Shown in pieces: positions 1 through 8,925 of a DNA stretch of 64,000 nucleotides. Each line of letters starts with the position of its first letter. Positions within the stretch are counted from its first letter, which is position 1. The notes under the pieces are model-generated. The model was not told where the DNA came from and did not search any database. It was given only the letters and a program-made list of their open reading frames with translations. The stretch covers positions 2,381-66,380 of the forward strand of contig NZ_DASWTG010000041.1 of the NCBI RefSeq assembly GCF_036402235.1, read 5' to 3'. The position numbers and the translations under genes are program-made. Origin of the DNA: Sphingomonas sp. GTDB lineage: Bacteria > Pseudomonadota > Alphaproteobacteria > Sphingomonadales > Sphingomonadaceae.

Positions 1-697
1 GACGATCGGTCCCGAAATGCTGATGGCCTATGCCGATGGCGAGCTGGACCCGATCGCGGCCAGGCGCGTCGAGACGGCGATCGCCGCCGACCCCGCGCTC
101 GCCGCTCAGGTCGAGCAGCATCGCAAGCTCACCGCATCGCTCCGCGCTGCGTTCGAGCCGGTCGCCGCCGCATCCGTCCCGTCTTCGGTAGAGGCCATGC
201 TGAGCGCGTCCGCCAAGGTCGTCCCGCTCGCTCCCAGGCCGGCCCGCCGCGAGCGCCCCTTCTGGATGGGTGCGGTCGCCGCGAGCCTGGTCGCGGGACT
301 TCTCGCGGGGCCGCTCGTCCTCCCGCGCGATCCCGGCGGCGTCGCGATGCGCGACGGGACCGCGATCGCGAGCGGCGAGGTCGCGAAGGCGCTCGCCACC
401 CAGCTCGCATCGGCGCAGGCGCCCGATGCGCCGGTGCGCGTCGGTGTCACCTTCCGCGACGGCGCGCAACGCTGGTGCAGGACCTTCGAATCCGGCGCGA
501 CCGGCGGCATCGCCTGCGCGCAGGGCGAGGACTGGCGGATCGAGCGGCTCTATGGCGGCGTGTCGCAGCGGGACGCGGCCTATCGGCAGGCCGGTTCCCC
601 CGCCGCGGCGATGATGGCCGATGCGCAGGCGATGATGGCCGGCGACCCGCTCGACGCCGCCGCCGAGAAGGCCGCGCGTGATGCGGACTGGAAGTAA
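1..697 (+). CDS. Transmembrane anti-sigma factor (5' end probably just outside the window)
   Basis: N-terminal LMAYADGELD anti-sigma-type motif, one TM helix, and a periplasmic domain with CRTF...GIAC...WR. The frame is open to the window edge (TIGPEMLMAY). Confidence 0.8.
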   Translation, partial: TIGPEMLMAYADGELDPIAARRVETAIAADPALAAQVEQHRKLTASLRAAFEPVAAASVPSSVEAMLSASAKVVPLAPRPARRERPFWMGAVAASLVAGLLAGPLVLPRDPGGVAMRDGTAIASGEVAKALATQLASAQAPDAPVRVGVTFRDGAQRWCRTFESGATGGIACAQGEDWRIERLYGGVSQRDAAYRQAGSPAAAMMADAQAMMAGDPLDAAAEKAARDADWK

Positions 698-715
698 AGC
701 CGCTCCTCGCGAGAA

Positions 716-2701
716 CTAATCCCGCGGGCCCGCCGCCTCGATCACCTTGCGCGCCTCGGCCGGCCAGTCGCGGTCGGGGACGAGGAAGTTGCCGCGCGCG
801 TCGTTGCCGATCTCAGGCAACCAGCGCCCGCCGGTCGACATCGAATTGTGCCAGTTTCCCGAGGCGCGGTTGTCGGTCGAGATCTTGCGGCGGTACATCT
901 TGCCGGCGGTGTTGATGTTGAGCCACTTGCCGCCGGTCTCGACGACGTTGCCGGTCACGGTGAAGTGCTTGCTGCCCTCGTCGAGATAGATGCCGATGCG
1001 GTTCGAGATGTCGAAGATGTGGTTGTTGCGGATCACCGAATTGGGGTTGGCCGAGAGGTTGTAGATCGCCCCGCCATCCTCGTACCACAGCTTCACGCCA
1101 TGGATGCGGTTGCCCTCGACCAGGGTGTTCTTGAGCGTGGTCGGCGTCGTGAACTTGGGGTTGTGGACATAGCCCTTCTGGTTCTCGTCGTAATTCGGGT
1201 TGCCGCCCGCGTCGTTATAGCCCCAGCCCCAGCCGACCGCGATCGCATCGTATGGCGCGTCCGAGATGTCGTTGTGGCGGATCGTCGCGCCGTCGATGTA
1301 CGTCGTCAGGATCGCGGCATTGTCCTTATAGTCCTGGCTGACGGTGACGACCGTGTTGTCCTCGATCACGAGGTTGCGGTTGATCAGGTTGGGGTCGGTC
1401 GGGTGATGCGCGTCGGTGCGCACCCCGCCCGCCATGATCGCGCCGCCGGCGAGGACCGAGAAGCGGTTGCGCGATACGCGGATGCCGTCGGTCGCTAAAC
1501 CCACGCCAGTCAGATGCGCCACCGGCTCGTTGCCGATGCCGAGCGCGATCTGGCCGAGCTGGGTGAAGTGGTTGCCCTCGAACGTCACGTCGCGCGCTGC
1601 CGAAACCTGCACCGCGGCGGGCATCTGGTGCCATTTGAGGCGCATCGATTCGAACTCGACGCAGCCCCAGCCGCACTTCTCCCACGCGTCCTTCGGCCGG
1701 ATCGGCGAGACGTCGCTCAAATAGGCGCCGCTCTGCTGGTTGGCGTAGCCGGTCGGCTTGCTCGGCCCCATCCACGACGTGTGGGCGAAGGTGAGCCCGC
1801 GGAAGGCGAGGCGCTCGACCGGCGCCGCGGGGGTGCCGCTGATCGACACTAGGGTCTCCAGCGTGGGGACGACCACCTTCAAATCCTTGATATCCTCGTC
1901 GATCCCGGTGCGCAGGTAGAGCTTGCCCGCCTCAGGGTCGATCACCCATTGGTGATAGCGCGCATGCCAGTCGTTGGTCTTGCCGATGAACTCCAGCGCA
2001 TTGACCAGGAACAGCCGCGAATCATCGGGGAAGATCGGCTTGGTGACCGTGTCATAGCCCCAGCTGTTGTTGTCCCAGGCGGGCTGCTGCATCGTCACGG
2101 TGGTGCCGCTGATCGACTTCACCGGCGAATAGCGATCGGTGAAGAAGCCGGTCGCCTCCAGCTCCAGCCGGTCCGGGCGGGCGAGCTTGCCGATATAGGC
2201 GTATTTCGGGTTGGTGATCTCGAAGCCGTTCGCGCTGAACTTGACGTCGGAGGCCTTGAGCTCGACCCAGGGCCGCTCTGCGGTGGTGCCGTTGACCCAG
2301 ATCTGGCGCGTGTCGAGCCCCTTGGGGGTCGCGGCGACATAGATGCGGCGCTCTTCGTTGTATGAGGCGAAGCCCGTGACCTCGATGCCCGAGGAGATGA
2401 CCGGCTTGGCGCCGTCCGCGGCGCGCCACTCGACGCTCTTGCCGTTGAGGCCGCCATCGACGCGGCGGAACACCAAAGGCTTGGTGAGCTTGTAGGTGCC
2501 GTCGGCGAGGATGACCGTAACGTCATCCTTGGCATTGCTCGCACGCACCAGCGCCTGCGCGCGTTCGAGGCTGCGGACCGGCTTCGCCTCGGTCCCCGGA
2601 TTGCGGTCGTTGCCCCCAGGCGCGACATGCACCGTCACCTGCGCCAGTGCGGTCGAAGCGGAAAGTAGCGCGGCGGCCAGCGCCAGCGTCCGTGCAATCA
2701 T
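716..2701 (-). CDS. Secreted right-handed parallel beta-helix glycan-active enzyme (GH141/pectin-lyase-like fold)
   Basis: Real start is MIARTLALAAALLSASTALAQ (signal peptide, ATG 2701) inside the longer ORF-track entry. VHVAPGGNDRNPGT N-terminus and many I.NN.I/I.HN.I beta-helix repeats. Confidence 0.75.
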   Translation of the reverse strand: MIARTLALAAALLSASTALAQVTVHVAPGGNDRNPGTEAKPVRSLERAQALVRASNAKDDVTVILADGTYKLTKPLVFRRVDGGLNGKSVEWRAADGAKPVISSGIEVTGFASYNEERRIYVAATPKGLDTRQIWVNGTTAERPWVELKASDVKFSANGFEITNPKYAYIGKLARPDRLELEATGFFTDRYSPVKSISGTTVTMQQPAWDNNSWGYDTVTKPIFPDDSRLFLVNALEFIGKTNDWHARYHQWVIDPEAGKLYLRTGIDEDIKDLKVVVPTLETLVSISGTPAAPVERLAFRGLTFAHTSWMGPSKPTGYANQQSGAYLSDVSPIRPKDAWEKCGWGCVEFESMRLKWHQMPAAVQVSAARDVTFEGNHFTQLGQIALGIGNEPVAHLTGVGLATDGIRVSRNRFSVLAGGAIMAGGVRTDAHHPTDPNLINRNLVIEDNTVVTVSQDYKDNAAILTTYIDGATIRHNDISDAPYDAIAVGWGWGYNDAGGNPNYDENQKGYVHNPKFTTPTTLKNTLVEGNRIHGVKLWYEDGGAIYNLSANPNSVIRNNHIFDISNRIGIYLDEGSKHFTVTGNVVETGGKWLNINTAGKMYRRKISTDNRASGNWHNSMSTGGRWLPEIGNDARGNFLVPDRDWPAEARKVIEAAGPRD

Positions 2702-2724
2702 CGGGAACCTCTCCTGTCTTTTTT

Positions 2725-3453
2725 TCAGTTCACCCAGCCGCCGTCGATCACATTGACCGTGCCGGTGGTGAAGGCGCTCTCGTCGCTGGCGAGGTAGACG
2801 GCCAGCGCCGCCAGCTCGCTCGTCCGGCCGAACCGGCCCATCGCCTGGCGCGCGGTGAACTCGGCATAGGCTTTCTCGAAATCGCCGGTATCGTGCAGGC
2901 GCTGGATCAGCGAGGGCGTCTCGACCGTGCCCGGGCAGATCGCGTTGCAGCGGATGCCCTGGGTCACATAGTCGATCGCGACCGACTTGGTGAGGCCGAT
3001 CACCGCCGCCTTGGTCGCGCCATAGGCGAAGCGGTTGGGCACCGCCTTGATGCTCGAGCAGACCGACGACATGTTGATGATCGAGCCGCCACCGCGCGCG
3101 ATCATGTTGGGCAGCACCGCCCGGATCATCCGGTACTGTGCCGTCACGTTGAGCGACTGGGAGAAATCCCACGCATCCTCGTCGCAATCGAGGATCGTGC
3201 CGGCATGGACGAAGCCCGCGCAATTGTAGAGGACGTTCAGCTCGGGAAATTCGGCGGCGATCGCCTGCACGGCCTCCTTGCTGGTCACGTCGAGCTGGCG
3301 CGTCTCCGCGCCCTGGAGCCCGTCTAGCGCCTCGGCGCGGACGTCGGTGGCGATCACCCGTGCGCCTTCGCGCACGAACGCTTCGACGGTGGCCCGGCCG
3401 ATGCCCTGGCCCGCTGCGGTCACCAGTGCGATCTTGCCTTCGAGACGGCCCAT
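2725..3453 (-). CDS. SDR oxidoreductase (2-keto-3-deoxy-L-fuconate dehydrogenase/BDH2-like)
   Basis: MGRLEGKIALVTAAGQGIG Rossmann motif, NCAG, YGATK catalytic motif, NAICPGTV; 242 aa from ATG 3453. Confidence 0.85.
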   Translation of the reverse strand: MGRLEGKIALVTAAGQGIGRATVEAFVREGARVIATDVRAEALDGLQGAETRQLDVTSKEAVQAIAAEFPELNVLYNCAGFVHAGTILDCDEDAWDFSQSLNVTAQYRMIRAVLPNMIARGGGSIINMSSVCSSIKAVPNRFAYGATKAAVIGLTKSVAIDYVTQGIRCNAICPGTVETPSLIQRLHDTGDFEKAYAEFTARQAMGRFGRTSELAALAVYLASDESAFTTGTVNVIDGGWVN

Positions 3454-3513
3454 AAACTCTCCAATGGGTAGATTGCGGCGTGGACAATGCCCTCTGTATT
3501 CGTATGATGAATT

Positions 3514-5130
3514 ATGTTTGAGCATCATGCAAGCATCGATCGCCGCTCGACCCTCGGGCTGCTGGCCCTCATCTTCGGCACGCCCGCCGCGGCGCAGGTC
3601 GCCCTCGACGGCCATGGCGTGGAGGACATCCGAAAGCACGGCGCGCGGGGCGACGGGCGCGCGATCGACAGCCCGGCGATCAACCGCGCGGTGCAGGCGG
3701 CGGCGAAGCGCGGCGGGGGCGTGGTGCTGGTGCCGCCGGGCCGGTATCTCAGCTTCTCGATCCGGCTGCTCGACAATGTCACGCTGGTGCTGTCCGCCGG
3801 CGCGGTGATCGAGGCGGCGAACCCCGACATCCACGGCCGCAACTACGATCCCCCCGAAAATTATCTGGAGGAGCAGTTCCAGGATTTCGGGATCACCCAT
3901 GTCCACAACAGCCTGATCTATGCCGATGGCGCGTCGAACATCGGCGTGGTCGGCCCGGGCATGCTCCACGGCCTGGGCCTCGACCGCGAGGGGCCGGGGG
4001 ATCATTGGTGGCAGCGCGCGCACTGGCGCTCGTCCAAGGCGCTGGGCATCACGCCGAAGGAACAGATGCTGCGCGATCTCAAGGAGGCGGCGCAGGTCGG
4101 GCGCGCGAACAAGACGGTCGGCCTGATGAACTGCCGCAACGTGCGGCTTCAGGATTTCACCATCCTCCAGGCCGGGCATTTCGGCATCATCGCGCATGGC
4201 TGCACCAACATGGGCGTCGAGGGCATCGTCATCGACACCGACCGCGACGGGATCGATATCGACTGCTGCCGCGACGTGCGCGTCGTCAACTGCACCGTCA
4301 ACGCGCCCAAGGACGATGCGATCGTGCTCAAGAGCAGCGGCGCGCTGGGCCGCAAGGTGGTGTGCGAGGACATCCTGGTCCAGGGCTGCAAGACCAGCGG
4401 CTATCTGATGGGTTCGCTGCTCGACGGCACTTACCGCCTGTCCGATTACGGCTCGCCCGACGGCAATGGCGTACTCGGACGGATCAAGATGGGGACCGAG
4501 ACGATCGGCGGCTTCCGCAACGTGCGCATCGCCGATTGCATCTGCACCAACAGCCGCGGCATCCTGATCGGCATCGTCGACGGGGGCACGATGGAGGATG
4601 TGTCGGTGAGCGGGATCACCTTGCGCGATCCGGTCAACCACCCGCTGTTCGTTCACCACGGCGCCCGCATGCGCGCGCCCAAGGGCACGCCGGTCGGCAA
4701 GATCCGCCGCATCCGCTTCGAGGACGTGCAGGTCTCTGGCGGCGACTGGCGCGAGCCGTGCGGCGTCGAGGGCTTCGCCGACGGCCCGATCGAGGACGTG
4801 ACCTTCCATGGCGTCGAGGTGCACTCGCCGGGCGGCGGCACCGCGGCCGATGCGGCGCGCGAGCCCGAATATCGCCGCGAGACCAGCCTCGAGGTGAGCT
4901 ACCTCAAGACGCTGCCCGCCTCCGGCTTCTGGGCGCGGCATGCCAGGCGCCTGACGATCAAGGACTGCCGCTTCAGCGTCGAGAAGCCTGATGCGCGGCC
5001 GACGGTGGCGCTGCGCAATGTCGAGGGCGCGATCATCGACGGGCTGGTCTCCGACAAGCCGCGCGAGAGCGCGGTGTCGGCCAAGGACAGCAGCGGGATC
5101 GCGACCGGCGACGTGCGGACGTTCGCATGA
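3514..5130 (+). CDS. Glycoside hydrolase family 28 protein, probably Tat-exported
   Basis: DRRSTL twin-arginine-like leader; HGARGDG N-terminus; GH28-type motifs DRDGIDID, KDDAIVLKS and RIKMG. Confidence 0.8.
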   Translation: MFEHHASIDRRSTLGLLALIFGTPAAAQVALDGHGVEDIRKHGARGDGRAIDSPAINRAVQAAAKRGGGVVLVPPGRYLSFSIRLLDNVTLVLSAGAVIEAANPDIHGRNYDPPENYLEEQFQDFGITHVHNSLIYADGASNIGVVGPGMLHGLGLDREGPGDHWWQRAHWRSSKALGITPKEQMLRDLKEAAQVGRANKTVGLMNCRNVRLQDFTILQAGHFGIIAHGCTNMGVEGIVIDTDRDGIDIDCCRDVRVVNCTVNAPKDDAIVLKSSGALGRKVVCEDILVQGCKTSGYLMGSLLDGTYRLSDYGSPDGNGVLGRIKMGTETIGGFRNVRIADCICTNSRGILIGIVDGGTMEDVSVSGITLRDPVNHPLFVHHGARMRAPKGTPVGKIRRIRFEDVQVSGGDWREPCGVEGFADGPIEDVTFHGVEVHSPGGGTAADAAREPEYRRETSLEVSYLKTLPASGFWARHARRLTIKDCRFSVEKPDARPTVALRNVEGAIIDGLVSDKPRESAVSAKDSSGIATGDVRTFA

Positions 5131-6137
5131 TCGAGCGCCTAACGAATTTGGGCGATCTCGCCTTCGGCGCGGCGTCGATCGGCAACCTCTATCGCGCAGT
5201 GCCTGAGGATCAGGCGCGCGAGGTCGTGGCGCGCGCGTGGAACGCCGGCATCCGCTATTTCGACACCGCGCCGCATTACGGCTTCGGCCTCAGCGAGAAG
5301 CGGCTGGGCGCGGCGCTGGCAGAGCTCGATCCCGGGCAGAGCGCGATCGTCTCGACCAAGGTCGGGCGGCGGCTCGATCCGCGGCCCGACGCCGATCTGT
5401 CGGCGGTGCGCCAGGCGTTCGTCTCGCCTGAGCCGTACGAGAGCATGTTCGACTACAGCTACGGCGCGGTGATGCGCTCGTACGAGGGCAGCCTCGCACG
5501 GCTGCGGCGCGACCGCATCGACATCCTCTATGCGCACGACATCGGCAGCTTCGCGCATGGCGATGCGCATCCCCGGCTGTTCCGCGAGTTCCTCGACGGC
5601 GGCTATCGCGCGATGCGCGAGCTGCGCGACTCCGGGGCGGTCGGCGCGATCGGGCTGGGGGTCAACGAGACCGCGGTGTGCGTCGAGATGCTGGGCGAAG
5701 GCGAGGTCGACCTGATCATGCTCGCCGGGCGCTATACGCTGCTCGAGCAGGACCCGCTCGACGACCTGCTGCCGCTCTGCGCCGAGCGCGGGGTGCGGCT
5801 GGTGATCGCGGGGCCGTACAACTCGGGCATCCTCGCCAAGGGCGTGCGCCATGGCGGGGCGATCCCCAACTTCAACTACGAGCCCGCCCCGGCGGAGATC
5901 GTCGCGCGGGTGGGGGCGATCGAGGATCTCTGCGCACGCCACGGCGTGCCGCTCGCCGCCGCCGCGCTGCAATTCCCGCTCGCGCATCCGCAGGTGGCGT
6001 CGGTGGTGCCGGGCATGGGCTCGGTCCGGCAGGTCGAGGATGCGCTGGCGCTGATGGCGCAGCCGATCCCGGCGGACTTGTGGGCGGAGCTCAAGGAGGC
6101 AGGGCTGATCCGCCGGGACGCGCCCACGCCCCGCTAA
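5127..6137 (+). CDS. Aldo/keto reductase (L-fucose/D-threo-aldose 1-dehydrogenase-like)
   Basis: FGAASIGNL, FDTAPHYG, STKVGR and LYAHD motifs; ATGA overlap with the GH28 gene. Confidence 0.85.
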   Translation: MIERLTNLGDLAFGAASIGNLYRAVPEDQAREVVARAWNAGIRYFDTAPHYGFGLSEKRLGAALAELDPGQSAIVSTKVGRRLDPRPDADLSAVRQAFVSPEPYESMFDYSYGAVMRSYEGSLARLRRDRIDILYAHDIGSFAHGDAHPRLFREFLDGGYRAMRELRDSGAVGAIGLGVNETAVCVEMLGEGEVDLIMLAGRYTLLEQDPLDDLLPLCAERGVRLVIAGPYNSGILAKGVRHGGAIPNFNYEPAPAEIVARVGAIEDLCARHGVPLAAAALQFPLAHPQVASVVPGMGSVRQVEDALALMAQPIPADLWAELKEAGLIRRDAPTPR

Positions 6138-6143
6138 CTCCAT

Positions 6144-6270
6144 TCCTCCCCGGAGGGGGAGGGGGACCAGCGAAGCTGGTGGAGGGGTAGCTCACCACTG
6201 GCGTCACCACTGGTGGAGAATACCCCTCCGTCACCGCTGCGCGGTGCCACCTCCCCCTCCGGGGGAGGAG
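6144..6270. repeat. CIR/MITE-like palindromic element, copy 1
   Basis: TCCTCCCC...GGGGAGGA termini with internal hairpins (accagcgaagctggt; caccgctgcgcggtg); lies between convergent genes. Confidence 0.85.
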
Positions 6271-6280
6271 TTATCGTGCA

Positions 6281-6778
6281 TCACCCCTTCCGGCTGGCCT
6301 CGAACAGGAACCAGGCGCGCTCCTCGGCCTGATCGGTCCATTCGTCGAGGATGCCGCTCGTGGCATTGTCCTTGGCCTCGTCGACGATCTCCTTGGCCTC
6401 GCGCAGCAGCGCGATCAGCTTGAGATTGTCCTCGCGCAGCTCGGCGAGCATCGCCTCGGGCGCGACGAAATCCTTGTCATTGTCCTCGATCGTCTGATGG
6501 CGCGAGATGTCGCCGACCGAGCGCAGCGTGGCATTGCCGGTCTTGCGCACGCGCTCCGCGATCACGTCGGTGCTGGCGAGGATCTGCGCCGCCTGGTCGT
6601 CGAGCATCAGGTGATAGTCGCGGAAATGCGGGCCGGAGACGTGCCAGTGGAAATTCTTGGTCTTGAAGTACAGCGCATAGCTGTCCGCCAGGATGCCGTT
6701 CAGCGCTTGCGCCACGGTCTTGGTGTCGTTGCGGTTGAGGTCGGTCGGCGTCTTCAGCGCGGCGTTCGGGTCGGCCAT
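6281..6778 (-). CDS. dps: Dps/ferritin-like DNA starvation protection protein
   Basis: LYFKTKNFHWHVSGPHFRDYHLMLD and DVIAERVR signature motifs. Confidence 0.93.
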   Translation of the reverse strand: MADPNAALKTPTDLNRNDTKTVAQALNGILADSYALYFKTKNFHWHVSGPHFRDYHLMLDDQAAQILASTDVIAERVRKTGNATLRSVGDISRHQTIEDNDKDFVAPEAMLAELREDNLKLIALLREAKEIVDEAKDNATSGILDEWTDQAEERAWFLFEASRKG

Positions 6779-6810
6779 GATTCACTCCTGATCGGTTGAG
6801 TCGGCAATGA

Positions 6811-6835
6811 AACGATCCCTTGCCATATAGGGTCC
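6811..6835 (-). promoter_or_regulatory. Candidate EcfG (general stress sigma) promoter of dps
   Basis: Minus strand GGACC-N16-CGTT, one mismatch to GGAAC-N16/17-CGTT. It overlaps a CCTATAT -10-like word, so the sigma assignment is ambiguous. Confidence 0.45.
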
Positions 6836-6876
6836 GCTGCTGCGCTGCGAAAAGGGTGATCAGGGTAATCGAGCGG

Positions 6877-7443
6877 CTAGATCAGCCGCAAGGCGCCCGC
6901 GGCGAGGATCAGGCCGGTGGTGAGGCACAGCAGGCCGAATCCGATGCGGTAGGCGCGGATCGGCAGCTTGCGCCACGCCTTCTCGCCCAGCAGCGCCGCG
7001 GCGGTGTTGACCGCCAGCACCGCGATCGTGGCCCCGATCGCCGCCAGCACCGGCGAGGGGCCATGCGCGGCGAAGGCGAAGGTAAGGAATTGCGTCGTAT
7101 CGCCCGCGGCGAGGATGAAGACGCCGAACAGCGATGTCGCGAAGGCGCCGAGCTTCCAACCGTCGAGCCGCTCGGGGGGCTTCTGTCGCCACAGCGCGCC
7201 CATCGACGCGAACAGCAGCGCCAGCGCGACCAGCAGCTGCCGCGCATCGGGCGTGAGCAGCGGCGCGATCAGCGCGCCGCCTATGGCCGCCACGGCATTG
7301 CCCGCCGCATGCGCGAGGAAGGCGGCGAGGGCGACGGTGAAGGGCTTGCCGAAGCGGTCGGCCAGGATCGCGACCAGCCAGGGCGAGCGGTCCCCCGCCT
7401 GAGCCAGCAGCACGGCGACGAAGGCGGGAACCAGCGAATCCAT
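6877..7443 (-). CDS. TMEM165/GDT1 (UPF0016) family membrane protein
   Basis: Two repeats with GD(R/T)(S/T) motifs (QAGDRS, AAGDTTQ); multiple TM helices. Confidence 0.75.
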   Translation of the reverse strand: MDSLVPAFVAVLLAQAGDRSPWLVAILADRFGKPFTVALAAFLAHAAGNAVAAIGGALIAPLLTPDARQLLVALALLFASMGALWRQKPPERLDGWKLGAFATSLFGVFILAAGDTTQFLTFAFAAHGPSPVLAAIGATIAVLAVNTAAALLGEKAWRKLPIRAYRIGFGLLCLTTGLILAAGALRLI

Positions 7444-7461
7444 CAGGCCCGATATACCAGA

Positions 7462-7779
7462 TCAGGCACCAAGGCGGATCGCGCAGGCGGCGGTGAAGGC
7501 AGCGGCGGTGCGCGGATCGTCGCGCCCGCAGCTGACGGCATCGCGCAGCAGCGCAAGCCCGTCCGCGATCATCGGCCCGCGCTGCCCTGCGGCGAGCGCC
7601 GCTTCGAGCGCGTGCACCACCGGGAGCGCCGGGGTGATGCCGTTGGCGAGCGCGATCCGGCGGATCGCATCGAGGTCGGCGGCAAGCTCCGCAGTTGCGG
7701 CTCGCGCCGCGCGCGCGCCGATCGAATCGATTCGCTGGCCAAGCTCGATCGCCAGCACCCGGTTGCGTGCATCGGTCAC
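7462..7779 (-). CDS. Hypothetical Ala-rich helical protein
   Basis: GTG start with GGGGAG SD; host-like codon usage; 19 nt upstream of the GDT1-family gene. Confidence 0.65.
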   Translation of the reverse strand: MTDARNRVLAIELGQRIDSIGARAARAATAELAADLDAIRRIALANGITPALPVVHALEAALAAGQRGPMIADGLALLRDAVSCGRDDPRTAAAFTAACAIRLGA

Positions 7780-7830
7780 ATGCGGTTCTCCCCCTGCGAT
7801 CCCGTGAAGGGGACGGTGCGCCTGATATGG

Positions 7831-7845
7831 TTAACACCGAGCTAA
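7831..7845. promoter_or_regulatory. CtrA-box-like site
   Basis: TTAA-caccgag-CTAA (minus strand TTAG-N7-TTAAC), one mismatch to TTAA-N7-TTAA, about 50 bp upstream of the 7779 start. Confidence 0.55.
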
Positions 7846-7969
7846 TCCGCCGCCAAAGCGACCGCGCGCTTGACATTGCGCGCCTCACGGGGCATGCGCC
7901 CACCCCTGACAGCGGCCTGCCAGCGCGCGGCCGCTTTATTCTTTTGAACCAGACTGCAGGATTCGGGCG

Positions 7970-8137
7970 ATGGCCAAGCCGACAACCGTCAAGATCAAGC
8001 TCGTCAGCACGGCTGACACCGGCTTCTTCTATGTGACCAAGAAGAACCCGCGCACCCAGACCGAGAAGCTGAGCTTCCGCAAGTATGATCCCGTCGTGCG
8101 CAAGCACGTCGAGTTCAAGGAAGCGAAGATCAAGTAA
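7970..8137 (+). CDS. rpmG: 50S ribosomal protein L33 (absent from ORF track, 55 aa)
   Basis: Translated by hand: [55 protein letters not shown]. Confidence 0.97.
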   Translation: MAKPTTVKIKLVSTADTGFFYVTKKNPRTQTEKLSFRKYDPVVRKHVEFKEAKIK

Positions 8138-8181
8138 TCCGGCCCCCGGCCGGATCGCACTGCCCCGCACGGACGGGGCTG

Positions 8182-8213
8182 AAGGCCGCGGGCGAATCGC
8201 CCGGCGGCCTTTT
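8182..8213 (+). terminator. Rho-independent terminator of rpmG
   Basis: GC-rich hairpin aaggccgcgggcga-a-tcgcccggcggcct followed by T-run. Confidence 0.75.
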
Positions 8214-8221
8214 CCGTTTGA

Positions 8222-8244
8222 ACTCCTCCCCTTCAGGGAGGAGT
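8222..8244. repeat. Minimal hairpin related to the CIR-like family
   Basis: actcctccc-cttca-gggaggagt, a perfect 9-bp stem matching the family termini; between convergent rpmG and divK. Confidence 0.55.
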
Positions 8245-8248
8245 GACA

Positions 8249-8611
8249 TCACAAAAGCGCCCGCACTTCCTCGACGAAGCGCATCACCGAGATCGGCTTG
8301 GTGACATAGGCGTTGGCGCCGGCAGCGCGGATCCGCGCCTCGTCCTCCTGCCCGGCATAGGCGGTGACCGCCATCACCGGGATGCCCTTGAGCGCCGGGT
8401 CCCCGCGCATCCGCCCGATGATGTCGAGGCCGGAGATATGCGGCAGCTGGATGTCCATCACCACCAGATCGGGGTTGAACGCGCGCGCGGTCGCCACCGC
8501 CTCGCGCCCGTCGCGCACCGGCGAGGTCTCGAAGCCGTGCGCGCGTAGCAGGTCGCAGAAAAGTTTGAGGTTGAGTTCGTTGTCCTCGACAACCAGCACC
8601 CTTTTTGCCAC
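8249..8611 (-). CDS. divK: Single-domain response regulator, DivK-like
   Basis: KRVLVVEDNELNLKLF, MDIQLP, VTAYA, VTKPIS. Sits between DUF3572 and rpmG as divK does in other alphaproteobacteria. GTG 8611 or ATG 8626 start. Confidence 0.8.
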   Translation of the reverse strand: MAKRVLVVEDNELNLKLFCDLLRAHGFETSPVRDGREAVATARAFNPDLVVMDIQLPHISGLDIIGRMRGDPALKGIPVMAVTAYAGQEDEARIRAAGANAYVTKPISVMRFVEEVRALL

Positions 8612-8652
8612 GCGCAATCTATCCATCAAAGAGATCGGGCAAGCTCTAGGCG

Positions 8653-8925
8653 ATGCGCGCTGGCGAGACAAATGAGGATGCAACCGCGCTGGCACTCGCC
8701 GCGCTCGGCTGGACGGTATCCGACGCCGCACGCGCGCATCGGCTGCTCGACATGACCGGCCTGACACCTGCCGACCTGCGTGCGCGGGCGGGCGAGCCTT
8801 CGGTGCTCGCCGCGGTGCTGGGGTTCCTCGAAGCCTATGAGCCCGACCTGGTCGCCTGCGCCGAGGCGATCGGTTCGCGGCCGGCGGCGCTGGTGGCGGC
8901 GCGCGAAAGGCTGGAGCGCGCATGA
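8653..8925 (+). CDS. DUF3572 family protein
   Basis: ALAALGW...LLDMTGLTPADLR...LAAVLGFL pattern; divergent from divK. Confidence 0.8.
   Translation: MRAGETNEDATALALAALGWTVSDAARAHRLLDMTGLTPADLRARAGEPSVLAAVLGFLEAYEPDLVACAEAIGSRPAALVAARERLERA

Noticed and set aside
716-4941. ORF-track entries of 923 aa (716-3487) and 738 aa (2725-4941) as possible fusions
   Set aside because: The N-terminal parts are spurious extensions; the true starts are at 2701 and 3453.
7780-7969. yybP-ykoY riboswitch for the GDT1-family gene
   Set aside because: No recognisable motif, and another gene intervenes.
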